This document shows, piece by piece, positions 49,791-63,901 of a stretch of 64,000 nucleotides of DNA. Location of the stretch: the NCBI GenBank assembly GCA_002633005.1, contig NMRA01000166.1, positions 634,381-698,380 of the forward strand. The letters run 5' to 3'. Position 1 is the first letter of the stretch. Each line of letters starts with the position of its first letter. Below the pieces are notes generated by a model. It saw nothing but the letters and a program-made list of their open reading frames with translations. It was not told the origin of the DNA and did not search any database. The position numbers and the translations under genes were made by a program. The DNA comes from Phoronis australis (lineage: Eukaryota > Animalia > Phoronida).

Positions 49791-52538
49791 TATTAAACAT
49801 ATAACTAAATTTGGAAAAGAATGACAGCTCAATCTATCGTCGTTTGACCTTGCAAGAAGTGACCTTCACAAAAAATAGGAAAATAGAGGAAACCGACTCC
49901 ACGGTTGGGCCCTCTCTCCGTGAGCGACCTCTAATAAGAATTTGTCAACCAAAACACTCGTTGATTCAATAGCCTGCTGTGTCTATAGCTGGCTCTCTGT
50001 TGACTCTCGCTGTAACTGCTGATTCTCTTCACTGCAACTCAACCGTCATTCTCTCAACTGTTTAACTGTTAACTGCTTTTACTCCGCCGACTGCTGAACT
50101 GCTTAGAGGAGAATGCCACCCGGTTTAATTAGTCTTTTTTGCCGCCTATATCCACATCGCCTCGCATACGGTCGACCTAACCTTGCCAAGAGGTGTGGCG
50201 TTAACCTGTGAGGAAGGTGAGAAACGACGCTAACGACGTCAGTGGTTCATATTCAGAGTGAATGCCGCTATGTTGCGGTGCATCGTTCCCGCTTGTCCGA
50301 ACTAAGCAGCTGCGAGGAAAGCGGGTATATCGTTTTTTTTTTTAATTCCTCGAGAGTCCAAAATGCTTAGGAAGTGGCTCATGGTAGTGAAGAATGAAAT
50401 GTACGCTGTAAATAGCAAGTATGAGGCTGTGAAACATCTCCGTGTCTGTGGCCTGCAGACGTCGACAGTGCCTGACGAATGTCGGCTTACCAAATAACTC
50501 CATACGTTCCGTTGTCTGAGGTTGTTCACGGCGCCTCTCTAGTATTTCTTCATCACTGTATTCCTGTTCGAATTGATAGCCTGTAAAACTTAACGATCCA
50601 CCTGCAAAGTCGGGACTGATGAGCTCCAGCTCGTCCTAAGTCGGGATTGCGAGTTGCCATGTTGGCGTTTATTATTGAGCGTTCTGTTTCAAAATGAATT
50701 ATCCTCACCCTAACCAATACTTACATAAAACTGAAACAAAGTCTGTCTCATTAGATCCAATTTGCAATGCCTTTGGAGTGTTCGTGGGTGCAAATGATTT
50801 GAGAAGCCAGCAATGAATAAATCACCGCGTTACAGGCTTTAGGTGCAATAAAACTAATTGACGGGACACCGAGGATGTGTGAGTTCATGCTAATTTAGTG
50901 TTTGCTGGCAGAACCTTTTTTTTAATGTTTATTACGAAATCTTCAGAATACAATGAATATACATAACCCAGAAAGCGCCAAGAGCCATTAGATCTGGGTA
51001 AAAAAATACAAAGAAGTCTATATACAATGATTATATACGAATACATAAATAAAAAAACTGATGTTAAGAATACAATGATATATGACAACGAATGAAAATA
51101 ATTCATTTTCATACAGATGTATAAAATTCTATCCACTCACACAAAGAGATTTAATGTTATAAAGAAATTCTGATACTATTTCAAATAAAACCTTATTTTC
51201 GTTTGAGTTAAGTTCTTGACATCCATATAGAAAGAAATTAATTTTGTTGTACAATTGCGGAATTTCAGANTTGTCAATGTACAACTTCTGCCCTGACGGT
51301 GCTGTGGCCAAAGCGAAACCTGAATTCGCGGCCCCCAACGAGTAAGTACATTTGCAGTTTCGTGGCTAATTCACCAACATAATCACGTGCACATTACTTT
51401 GGCTCACTAGTATAGTATTTTCTTGACTGGAAGTTTAGTTTCCACTGAACTTTGGCTGGTTTATGTTCGTGATGTCTCAGTTTCCGAGCCACTGGCCGGG
51501 ATAACGCCGAGTCCAATCCGGCCGGCCGCGACGGGCCTGATCGAGCTCCGAGCCACTGGCCAGGATAACAAGCGTTTTGTGTTTAGAACAAAAAAAATCA
51601 CAAGTCTAAACAACACAGATATAGGTTCTCCTGTCTGTATCTCACGGAAAATACTTCGAAATTATCTCCGTACAGACCCCAAACTCCTGCCACCGGACGT
51701 TTTTGGCCTGCCGAACTTTGTAGGCTACGGTGTGTACAAACACCAATAAATCCGTAAGAGCGAAATAAAACAACACGTTTTTATAAGAACTCGGTGTATT
51801 TTTAAGGGTTTATATAGAAGTTTGATGATTTATTGGTGTTAAACGATGACTTCAAGCGATAAGCTGACACCAGTAACCGGTGTTGTGAACTGCTGAACAA
51901 ACTGCGTGTGAAACGATGACGTCATTGGATAATTTCGACACCTCCGTCTGCCGTCAGGTGTCAGGTAACGCAACCGTACGTGTCGTTATGGAGTAGAACT
52001 ACTCGATCTAAACTGATACAAATTAGGTTGTTTTTTTTTGGGTGGCATGCTCCTTTAACTGCTTTACTGACTTTACTGACCAATACAAAGCCGTGCTTGT
52101 GTACTTATAGACTAATGCAATGTTCTTGAACTCTTCACCAATTCAAGCACATTTTAGAATTTTCTGGAATCTACCCAATTATTTTACAAGCATATACTAG
52201 TCTCTAGAATATTCCAGACTGCATTAATCACTGTCATACTAGAGTCCTCTAGAAAGTTCCACACTATACTGTAGTAAACAAATTGCATCATCACTGTACC
52301 CCTTGAATTGTAAGTTTACGCTTAAAACCAGTCAAAAGTAAGCTTGAATGTCAAGCTATTTCCGGAAAACGGGTAGGGAATGTATACCCACCCGGCTGTA
52401 AAAGCTCGGTAATTTCTAGAAATATTCAACTCATCTCGTACGGCAGTCCAGGTGGCAATTCTTAGAAAAGGGACTTAAGTTGATTTTTGACTAAGTCTAA
52501 GGTTTTCTTCGACTTCCAAACTTTAAAACCTCCTGATA

Positions 52539-55386
52539 CAGTGTCGGATCTAGGATATCACAAGAGGGGCCAACATTTTGTCTGTAAACATTTGCGCAAT
52601 GCACGATTGTAGATGCGCATAGCACCGAAAATTTTTCTGTTTTTTCCTAAAAATCGAGCATTTTCCTTGATTCCTGAAGTATTATCCAAGAAAAAAGAGG
52701 CAAAGCAAAAAACGGAGAACGTGTCTAAGTTGACAAACTGTGATCACCACAGAAACGAACTCACGACCTAGCGGATAGAGTGCGCGTGCTTTACCACTGC
52801 ACCACCACGATTTCACTTGCGCATTAAGTCTAAGAGACCTATATGTTTATGGTCCACAGGGTTTTCGCGCGAAACTTACTTCTTTTTGTAATGCTTATTA
52901 TACTTTTATATTTTGTGCAATCAGTTCATAACAAATTTGTTGTATTTAAAATAGTCTTCAATTGCCCAAAAGTCCAAATTCGTTTTTTGTGTTGGCATTA
53001 ATGACGCGATTGCTTTGGAAATCGTTTTAAGTTAAGGTTTGACAAAGAGAGAATTATGAGTTTCTGAGTGATTCACTAAGTCTTCGATTAAAATTCACAT
53101 CTTACCAGCAACTTCTGTTTTTTCATCGTCACGCAGATTCCGTTTTCTTTAAAAAATGAAGTAATTTTCTTTATTGCACAGTGAAGCAGACGACGGAAAC
53201 GGAGTCGTAGTGCGCAGCGCCACTGCCGCTCGTCCGAATATCGCCGGAGAGCCTATACTTAGACATAGCTCCATTACGATTGCGCCGTGTTCCGAATTTG
53301 ACACTTGAAATTGGACCTGAGCCTCACCCCTTCCCTAAACACACTAAAACTTCACACATTTAAATCTTCCAGCCGTATAATGTTAATTACCGGGGTTAAT
53401 TAATAAACCTTTCACTACGCTTTTGCTGTTTTATTTTTTGTGGCAGCCAAGGGGGGGGGGGTGGCACTCACATTGACAAAGTGACCGCATCCGCGAACAG
53501 TGTACAATACCAGAAATTGCGGGGAGGCTGTACTTTCACAACAAAGTCTTGCGGGACTTGTGCGATGTTCAATAGGCCTCCTGAGGAGCCCTGGTTCCGA
53601 CCTCAACACCTAAAATCTTTCTACCTGCAATAAGCACCAATGGCAACTGGAAATTTCTGCAGAAAGCCCCCCCCCCCATGGAATGCCTATGCCCATGGGC
53701 ATTTATTTGATGTTAGTACTTCGGGTTTCAAACGTTCAGACATTGGGGCGTTTATATCGAAAATTGCAAGAGATGCAAATAGGTCCTGAGATACATCGTC
53801 AAGGTTTAAAGTAGTCCATGATGAACGAATCAAATGTAGTTGCGCATGTAAGTCTTTTGAATGGACTTGGCAACCTCAGGGGGCTTAGTGCCAACTGAGC
53901 TGCGAAACGAGATGCTGACGTTGTAGAGGCTTACAAGCTCATTGACACAGCAGTTGACGTGCAAGCGTTGGTAAGAAACATCGAAGATATCTGGGTAGAA
54001 TGGTTCCAAGACGAGGAAACCATTGGATCGGATATACAGATTCCTCGGCAGTCTAGACAACAGAAGGATAGGACTAACGTTCCTGGAGAAACACCCAGGT
54101 AATAAGTTATAATTCTACACAGTTTGTATAAAATGTCGGTTTTTTATGCTTGTGTACAATTAAAACGAAATAAAAATTAGTTTTAGACATACCAAATTTA
54201 ACCAGTACAGCATAGGGTTTACGAGCGCACAGAAACTGATTTCCACTTGGCTCTATCTGCTTCATATCCAAAATCTAGTCCACGTAGTGCGTAGATAAAT
54301 TTGTACTCAATACTTGTTTCTTCCAGCGAGTACTACAGGACCGTGCGAAAACCCTTCATAGAGAACATCTCTCAGCAATTGACCACCAGATGTGTAAAAT
54401 ACACGAATGAGCAACCACTTGGGATTAAAAAGTGTTTAGAGAGAAGTTTTCAATTCAATTTTTTTGCATAGTACACTTTAGATCTCGCGACGGACCAGGC
54501 CAGCTTGATTTGTGTAGATATTGAGTTTCAGTGTACTTCGTCCCTCGGCGAACTAGTCTTGTGCTGTTTTTACCAACGTGTGCTTTGTAAAACTATTTAT
54601 CTCAGCCGGTACTGTTTGGTCACGCGACATATCGACTATCTTTATAGGGATAATAAGCACAGGTGTTCTTTTGGTCTCGTGACGGACCAGACCAGCCTTT
54701 TTGTGTACTCTCAGTGTACACCTGGTCCCTCAGCGAACTGGTTCTGTATATCTTTTCACCACGGTGTAGGCCTACAGAATGTTTTGGTTTGGTGAAACTG
54801 TTTTCAGATGATTTCTTTCATGATACATTTGACGCTTTTCAATTGTTGTCAACGCGATTCAGCATAATAAAGTGATACTTAATTGTTTATTGTCGCTTTT
54901 AATAATAGACTATGAGCTGAGAGCACCATTGTTCGGCAGTTTTTCTCGTAACGAGACAGAACAAATGTTTATTTCCGGACTAAGAGCGCAGGTCTTCGTT
55001 CTTAAACAACTTGAGGCTGCAGTTACGCGATCATCTGATATTCGAGTTTTTACGTCCCGTCGGTGCTCCTTATGCTCTTGAATATTTTTTAGTTGTCTAA
55101 GCCCCTGTATACACGCCCCACTTTTTCATATACGACTTCATGTGACGAAATCGAGAAGGGTTTTAAATTATCTTAAGAAAAACTCCAGAGACATAATAAG
55201 TGCCAGAAACTTACCAGGATGCATGGAAATTTCACTATGGCTAAAAACAAAAAATCGTCGTACACGGTAGAGGGGAGCCCCCCCCCCCNCTCCCGACCTC
55301 TCCCCGCTCGGCGCCACACGCCTCGGATTCGACCTTTGCGGGAATCCTAAGCCCCTCTTACTGAAAACGTACTAGATCCTCCACTG
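52539..55386. mobile_element. Possible hAT element span (TIR-like CAGTG..GGATCTAG ends)
   Basis: CAGTGTCGGATCTAG at 52539 and CTAGATCCTCCACTG ending 55386 bracket a hAT transposase relic; no matching 8-bp TSD, so the pairing is uncertain. Confidence 0.45.
53836..54392 (+). pseudogene. hAT transposase relic (ZMYM1/P52rIPK-like) with an intron
   Basis: LRGLSAN*AAKRDADVVEAYKLI...IPRQSRQQKDRTNVPGETP, GT-AG intron 54099-54326, then SEYYRTVRKPFIENISQQLTTR, matching the hAT PR..Q..R.N.P..TP.EYY...PF...L..R block. Confidence 0.7.
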
Positions 55387-55975
55387 GACAACTCATGGGA
55401 AGGTTGCCCTATTGACAGATATAGAAACCCACTGCCTCGAGTGCGGGCAGTGAATTTGGTTGCCAAACTTTGTAACACACAATTCAGAATGATGATACGT
55501 TTTATAAACGACCTAACAATTTCTCACCGATTTCCAAGTAATTTCCAGCGAGTTGATACACCTACCTTTAGATACCTTTTAAAGTCATACTCATCCCATG
55601 TGTCAACCTCCTTTTATAAGTACGGTCAGACCCGTACTTTAATTTGAAAATAACGGCGACTCTATTTGGACGCTTGGACAAATACCCATTTCATTCTATA
55701 AATACCGTATAAAAAATATGGGTTTATTTTAGGTTCGTGGGTTTGTTTAACGCTTCATCCGACAAGCTTGGATTGATTGATTGGTGATTCTATTCATTTA
55801 CCTGTTTTAGATTTTCAAACGGTGTAAAGTTATGAATTCTCATAAAAGCCCAGGGCAAGGGGCTTGATTTTTGTTCTCTATTTTTTTACTTTTTTCGATC
55901 TACATTTGTGTTAACTCAAGTTTATGTTATTCTGTGCTCGAGTATATCATGGTGTATGTGAATGATTGTTTAGTA

Positions 55976-56131
55976 CTGGGTAGATTTCAGTAACTTTAGG
56001 TCCTCGCAAAAAAGGAGAACTTCGCGGATTACGTGAAATGTTGCTGTGTATTTTAAAAGAGAACACGTGATTTTGGCTAGATTTTTGCGAGGACCTAGCG
56101 TAGGTCCTAGAGTAACTGAAAAATACCCAAG
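55976..56131. mobile_element. Small palindromic MITE (family of 46820-46972)
   Basis: GGGTA..TTTCAGT.ACT.TAGG.CCT / AGGTCCTAGAGTAACTGAAAAATACCC inverted ends. Confidence 0.7.
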
Positions 56132-59100
56132 TCTGCACTTGATGATGTCACCATTAACTGTAAAAGTTCGAGTGTGAGTTTGTAGTTCGAATTGGATTGG
56201 ACACATCAGCACAGACCATAACATGCTCGAGCAGAGGCAAAGAGGTACTTTTCTTGACTTTACAAAGGGTAGAAATTTACGTCAAGATTTCGAGTACAAA
56301 GGTAGTACCACCGGCGCACAAGAATAATACTAATTAGAAAGCATTAAAATAATAAAAATAATTGCAGGCGGTCTGATACGTGCGCAGGCATTACTCATGT
56401 GACAAAAATTCATTCCAAAATCCCGTAGTTTCACCATTACATGTCGCCCTTGACATGGAGACGACTTGAAGACGTGACTCATATTGGAAAAAATGCGAAA
56501 GTCGCTTAAAGCCTTTTTTCCTACACCACGTTAGTAGCCAAAACGAAGTAGGTGCCTACGGTTACACCCAGATTGTCAACTCATAGTTATTTCGAGTTTT
56601 TACTGTGACACATAATTTTTTCCAGTCCTATCTGTATCTATAGACTTCTCATCTTTATGGATACACTTATTATATCTATTGATAAATTTAGTATCTCTGT
56701 CAATAGACTTTGTATTGTTTGATAGTGTTGGTATCTCTGGCAGCTCGTTCAAACCAAGTACCGTAATGTTTTCTGACCTCTCATGTTGGCTGCACTTGTT
56801 CAGGTCAAATCTCTGAAATGTTCCATTATGTCCGAAATACTACCATTCCACTTCTCCATTCGAATCTTGGCGCCAACTTGCATCTATGACGTCCCATAAA
56901 CCATGACGAAGGAAACATCAGTGTTGTCACTAGGGATTTTGAAGGTGTGTGTGCCTTCTTCCACTACTTTAAACATTTACCTATTTAACGTCTGCTTCAG
57001 CATGTGTAATAACACAATCACTCTTCTTGACCCGCTCCATGTTGAATAGAAGGGGATGGCCGCATGCACATAGAAGTTTGTTTAACATATCGTTATTTAG
57101 AATAGTTTCTCGGCAAAAGAGGGATGTTTGGGGTTATCAGGGCTTCCTCCACTTTTCCTCGTGTTATCTTGTCAGGAAACTTTGTGGTCATATCACTCAG
57201 TGCGAATAAGTTTTTACTGCTAGCAGACTGCGGAGGCCTCACCTAAATCTCCTGTAGTTCCGGAAACAGTCCGAACGACCTGGTACATAAGCTGGACAAC
57301 AGCAATCAACACCACATCCGGAGCAGAATGATTTGGAACATACGTGGAGAGATTTGACCACAATGGCTTTGTCACCCGTCCTCAGACTGCCGAATTTGTC
57401 GATCTGGGCTGTAGGGAGTGGAGTTATTAAGTTTATACTGAAAGACATCAGCTACATTAATGTTACATTGCCGCCCTATGACTAACAGGCACCTGAACAG
57501 CACCTAAACGCCATAGGTGGCCTTCCCTTGAGAGTTCAGGCTTCTTCAGCACCTCCGGCATTTTGACTTTTTCTTATAATTGCTTTGTAACATTCACTGC
57601 ACACCGAAACTAAAAAACTGAATGCTCTGCTCATGCCCAATGACAAGCTCGTTCTGGAATCTACTCGGCGATTGCAGGGGTTATGAAAATATGACTGCTT
57701 CTTTATCTCCTCCGTAATCTTTCTCTAGTTGTCCTCGTCCAGGTTCACTCCTTCCTTCTTGTGCTTAGTCTTTTCCTGTCACTCGACTACGTGACTTCTG
57801 GTCTTCAATAGATTCATTGCAAATGACATATGTTCTCCTTGGCAGTATCAAGGTGGGCTAACCCACTGAAACTCTTCATCCACAAGGCCACTTGCTCGGC
57901 TCTCATTAAAATGCCCTTTATAATCCCAGAACTTTTTTCTCGTTTGATATACGCTATGCCTGTTCTTCGACTTGGTCACCTGGTACTGCACTCTTGTCTT
58001 CCAAGTGTCAACAGCTGCGAGTAGAACTTTCTTGACATTATCGGAAACCGTGCTCCACAGATAGTAGACTTCAAACTAAACTTGGAAAGAACTCTGCCAA
58101 GCTGCTAAACCTGAGATAAACTTCTTACCAGAAATGTTTGGTACCTTATTTGAACATTTATCGCCCCTTTGTCGAACTTTTGTTTGAGTTTAAGTAGATT
58201 TCATTGTGCCAAGACGCTTATTGTTTAATTCTGAGTGAATTTACGTGCTTTTGATCATATAGTGTGTTCTCAATGTGTGCCTGCATGGTATCAAGGAATC
58301 GTGGCAATGTTGATTGTGCAAGCGATTGAGGAAGGCTACGTCGTAGAGACTAAGTTTTCCGAGCTTCATATTCGTGTCAGTTCAATAATAGGAGAGGAAA
58401 CCTTACTGAAAGTTGCACTGAATAATGTATACTGCATTGCATTTTTAATGTGTATATATAATTCAATTGTACGATAACCATCATGCCTAAAATTGTGTTA
58501 ATCTAGTTCTATTGTTTACTAACACATTTTGCAAGTTAAAAACTAGGTTCGTAATGTAAACTTTCCTTGAAGCAGGTTGAATGTAATTGAATCTCCCGAT
58601 TCACCATCCCTTATGCGCCCCTAATTTTTTGTGTATTCTCCGCCATCCAATTAACTGATCCCTTCTTTGTCTTGCGCTTCCGACGGCGCTAATGACTGCA
58701 TCATAGAGAACTGTATTTCACAGAAGATAATATTTGTAAAACAAATTAAATATATGTTTCGTGCAACTAGTGCGTTCTTTTCATAAATATGTCGATGAAT
58801 GCAGCCGATTTTTAAATATCCTTCAATGAAAAACAAATTTTGATAACTAGTAACTAAGTTCATAAAAATGCTGGTGTATATCTTAATATTAGGTATACTA
58901 CATGATGGCATAATGCAGCCAGGCGTATTATTTTAAGTTCTACATTTTTATAATGTTTATTACAACAAAACATGAAAGACACTCTGCTTACACATTGTTT
59001 TGCATCCACATGATAGTTTGGATTAAACCATATCAATGATATTTTCACAACCTTTTGAAAAATTGCCTTTTCTCTCCTTCTCCTGTTCGCGTTTTAGTGG

Positions 59101-60124
59101 AAAACGCCAACTTAGCTTCATTATAACTCAACCCAAATCAGATATTGGTTACGTGCGAATAGTATGCTCGCATTTGTGGACGATGATATCATTGAAAGAT
59201 CTCCATTTAAAAAAGTAATGTCACTTAATTACAAAGGAGGGGCAATAGTTCCAGTTATGCATTTAATAGGTTTCTGAGATCATCAAGGATTTGAAAACAT
59301 ATTTAGTTTCATAACTTAAAATGATTAGATAAAACATTTGTGAAGACTTATAAACCTTGGTAATGACGGAATGCAATTTTACTTTCTTTAAGCCATTTAA
59401 ATTAAGTTGATCCAAACTGCCATGCATTTACCACGCTAAGCACTATGTAGATATTGGATTATTAATATTATTATTAATAAAAACACGTCAAAATTGCAAG
59501 AGTAAGCACTTGTGCAAATACAGGAATTATTTAACTAAAGTTATCAAAAGTACAATAAGCTTAGTATAATAACAGACTTGGTCAAATCTGTAATAGTAAG
59601 CACATAATAAATACAGCAATACACTTAGCATAATAAGGGCTATGAATTATTATTACTTGATATTGTTACAGTTGCTAAAAATTAAATTTAAATAGAGGTC
59701 CGTATATATGTATGATTGTTTTGGCAGTACCGGGATCAATTCATTGTGTCCAAACTAAGATGTGGTCGTGTTTACTAACCACATACAGGACCGTAAGAAG
59801 GTAAAAATTCTTGAGGTACACAAACTAATACTATTTCTCCTAACATTTGACCTCCCACCTGGTCTCAAATTTTTGTAGACCGAACATTGTCTCAGATACT
59901 TTGGTTACAGCTTCAATCGTCTATTTGGAGAGTGAATACGAGACCTAAGGTCAAGATTAACCTTATAAGGGCCCAGTTTGGAGAAAGTCATTTCATTACG
60001 ATCATGCTTTGAAGATACATTTTGTAAGAGTTTTGTCCGAGGTCCTTGCTACATAGCGTCAGGGCTATTTTAAAACCCCTTGATAAAAATGGCAAATAAG
60101 TATGTAGTCTGACCATAGATATTA

Positions 60125-60970
60125 GTAAAGAGATTCGCGACTCCGTGAAGTCTCGCGGCCTAACGCAAAAGTACGTGAGCAGGATTAAAAACTTCCGGTG
60201 TCATGGCTAAGCATAGTAACGAAGGTGAACTTTGGTTTTTATTTCACGCACGTCAAGCAAATTTTTGAATTTGAAATTAATTTGTTGTGTTTAATGCAAA
60301 CTAAATCGCGTTTGCGAGCCATTCAAGTCGGATTATTGGTACGAAACGTGTCGGAATTAACTTGACAAGTTGTTGATCGGCCCGCTTGCTGGCACAGTTC
60401 AACACACGAATCGAGGAGTTTGGCCCAAAGAAAAGGTTGAGCTAAATGGATAATTCTTTTCACCAGTTGAATTCTCAGTCATTTATGATGAAATTTAGTT
60501 TGCATTTTGTGATTTTGTATGAATTTTGGATCGACCTAAATGCAGTTTCTCATTCGTCTACGTTTACAATACATAAGCCATGGTTTAGTACCAATATATC
60601 CAAAATTCAGCAAGAGCGAAATTTTGCCATTTTCATGATCTTCAGAAGCTCATATATATTAGCGTGAAAAGTGGTGGAAAATGAAAAGTATGCCAGCGAA
60701 ATATTTAAACTTTCTTCTTTATATTGATATCCGTTTCAACAAATGGGGGCATTCATGAATATTTTTAAAAATCGAACTACTGCAGCACTTGAGAAGAGGA
60801 TAAATTTTCAGTTGCTAAATGGCCATTACTGAACCGATTTGAATGATATGTATATCCAGGGGCAGATCCAGGATTTTGTGTTAGGAGAACCAGAGAAGAG
60901 TATTAGCTAGGATTTTGTCATTCAGACATTGGCACTCCCGATCTGTCAAATGGAATCTGGGGGAATTTTA
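60125..60970 (+). repeat. Direct repeat copy 1 (copy 2 at ~63173-63901)
   Basis: Near-identical sequence from TAAAGAGATTCGCGACTCCGTGAAG onward; copy 2 lacks ~60792-60910. Confidence 0.9.
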
Positions 60971-61737
60971 NNNNNNNNNNNNNNNNNNNNNNNNNNNNNN
61001 NNNNNNNNNNNNNNNNNNNNNNNNNNNNNNNNNNNNNNNNNNNNNNNNNNNNNNNNNNNNNNNNNNNNNNNNNNNNNNNNNNNNNNNNNNNNNNNNNNNN
61101 NNNNNNNNNNNNNNNNNNNNNNNNNNNNNNNNNNNNNNNNNNNNNNNNNNNNNNNNNNNNNNNNNNNNNNNNNNNNNNNNNNNNNNNNNNNNNNNNNNNN
61201 NNNNNNNNNNNNNNNNNNNNNNNNNNNNNNNNNNNNNNNNNNNNNNNNNNNNNNNNNNNNNNNNNNNNNNNNNNNNNNNNNNNNNNNNNNNNNNNNNNNN
61301 NNNNNNNNNNNNNNNNNNNNNNNNNNNNNNNNNNNNNNNNNNNNNNNNNNNNNNNNNNNNNNNNNNNNNNNNNNNNNNNNNNNNNNNNNNNNNNNNNNNN
61401 NNNNNNNNNNNNNNNNNNNNNNNNNNNNNNNNNNNNNNNNNNNNNNNNNNNNNNNNNNNNNNNNNNNNNNNNNNNNNNNNNNNNNNNNNNNNNNNNNNNN
61501 NNNNNNNNNNNNNNNNNNNNNNNNNNNNNNNNNNNNNNNNNNNNNNNNNNNNNNNNNNNNNNNNNNNNNNNNNNNNNNNNNNNNNNNNNNNNNNNNNNNN
61601 NNNNNNNNNNNNNNNNNNNNNNNNNNNNNNNNNNNNNNNNNNNNNNNNNNNNNNNNNNNNNNNNNNNNNNNNNNNNNNNNNNNNNNNNNNNNNNNNNNNN
61701 NNNNNNNNNNNNNNNNNNNNNNNNNNNNNNNNNNNNN
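60971..61737. other. Assembly gap (N run)
   Basis: Run of N. Confidence 1.
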
Positions 61738-63172
61738 CATTCACGAAACCCATTTTGAATGAGCAGCAAACAGGGTCATGCTGCACTTGTTAGCGCGACA
61801 TTCTTGTTACCCCCTCCATTTGTCAGTCTTTGCAGTATTTCACACCTGCTGTGTACCATTGCATATTTGATTAGCTTTTACTTTGTGGTGGTATTACTGA
61901 GTCATTTTATTTCCACTTGATGAAACAAGTATTTTCGAAATATAGTTTGTCGTCTCTTGGTCAGTTTCTTTACCAATGTTTTGACGATACGAACGGAATG
62001 GAATAAAGATTGTTAACAGCAACAAGTGTCATGTATCGAACCAATTTTGCATAATCGTAGTTATGTTTAGAAGTTGCCTTACAATGTACTTTTGGCCTAT
62101 GATAGTAGTGACAGCAAGTTTTTGACACACAAGTTTTTGACACTCAAGTTTTGCAAATGATATGTCAATGTCAGTTAGCCTTTGGCCCTTCCCCCTGGAA
62201 CAAAGCTGTGTGAATTACAAATATTTATTGTGTAACATTGTTACAAATTCATTCATGATTATGAGCCGATTCGTACGGTACTCAATTTAAACAAACATCA
62301 ATACTAATTGCAACAAAAAATCAGCTGATGCGACTGCGTAAGTGTAAATGATAAACACGGGAAAATCAGCTGAAGACGTTTCTGGCGTTAATAACTCATA
62401 ACATGTCTGAATTATCTTGTGAATGTTTTAAATGACATGACAGAGAACAGTATACGCATTTTATTTTTACAAGTCTTAAACACTCCAAAAAAATCAAGCA
62501 ATTCGACTCATTACTTTACCAAATCTTGAAACGAGGGAACGACCGCTCCATAAAAGCGGAAGTTTTCTATCCTGCGTGTGCAGCGCCCTCTCATCGTTAG
62601 TGCTTATGTCCCGTGGCCCGCGACATGCGCAACGCGCTCTAACGGGAGTTGGCAGTCCCTATCTATAGTCTATGGTCTGACGGCTGCCCATTCCGGGGAA
62701 AATGGTATAAATCATCAGGCTACGTCAAAATTCGTAGAACAACAATTCCTTAGACGGTTTTTTCAGAATGGCAAAAATTAGCTAGTGTTCTCTATTGTTT
62801 GGTGGACGGGTGATGCAAATTTCCCTAAAGTTCACCTTGTATCTAAGTCTGTTAAAGTATCGTTATTTTCTTTAAAGATTAGCTTCTGATTATTGGAGGC
62901 AAGCAAAAGAATACGAGTATCATTTTCTGAACAGTCATTTTATGATGGTGTGCTGGCAGTATCCTGATCATGGCTCTATAGACATAGATGGTGGTACGTA
63001 CCAGATGGATACAGGATACCACACAACACAAGAAATTTTCACATATCTGATAAACTGAACTTATTACTGCTTGAAATGTTACGGTGAAAAGATCTCTCAA
63101 GATCATAGGCCTACGCTCTACATGTACTGGCTATGCTGCTTAGGACGACATTATCTCACTATCTGGGCTGGT

Positions 63173-63901
63173 TAAAGAGATTCGCGACTCCGTGAAGTCT
63201 CGCGGCTTAACGCAAAAGTACGTGAGCAGGATTCAAAACTTCCGGTCTCATGGCTAAGCATAGTAAAGAAGGTGAACTTTGGTTTTTATTTCACGCACGT
63301 CAAGCAAATTTTTGAGTTTGAAATTAATTTTTTGTGATTAATGCAAACTAAATCGCGTATGCGAGCCATTCAAGTCGGATCATTGGTACGAAACATGTCG
63401 GAATTAACTTGACAAGTTGTTGATATGCCCGCTTGCTGGCACAGTTCAACAAACGAATCGAGGAGTTTGGCCCAAAGAAAAGGTTGAGCTAAATGGATAA
63501 TTCTTTTCACCAGTTGAATTCTCAGTCATTTACGATGAAATTTAGTTTGAATTTTGTGATTTTGTATGAATTTTGGATCGACCTAGATGCAGTTTCTCAT
63601 TCGTCACTATGTTTACAATACAGCCATGGTTTACCAATATGATCCAAAATTCAGCAAGAACGAAATTTTGCCATTTTTCATGATTTTCAGAAGCTCATAT
63701 ATATTAGCATGATGAAAAGTGGTGGAAAATGAAAAGTATGCCATCGAAATATTTAAACTTTCTTCTTTATATTGACATCCGTTTCAACAAATGGGGGCAT
63801 TCATGAATATTTTTAAAAATCGAAGTACTGCAGCACTTGATTTTGTCATTCATACATTGGCACTCCCGATCTGCCAAATCGTGGAATCTGGGGGAATTTT
63901 A
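63173..63901 (+). repeat. Direct repeat copy 2 of 60125-60970
   Basis: Colinear with copy 1, with scattered substitutions, small indels and one ~120-bp deletion. Confidence 0.9.

Noticed and set aside
56710-56830. Minus-strand peptide DLNKCSQHERSENITVLGLNE resembling LINE ORF1 (EQYSRR.NI.I.G)
   Set aside because: Too short and degenerate to support without a search.
57220-58200. Coding-like, Cys-containing minus-strand fragments
   Set aside because: Many stops and no motif I can assign; probably decayed mobile DNA.
60915-61793. Long poly-X ORFs
   Set aside because: Artefacts of the N gap.
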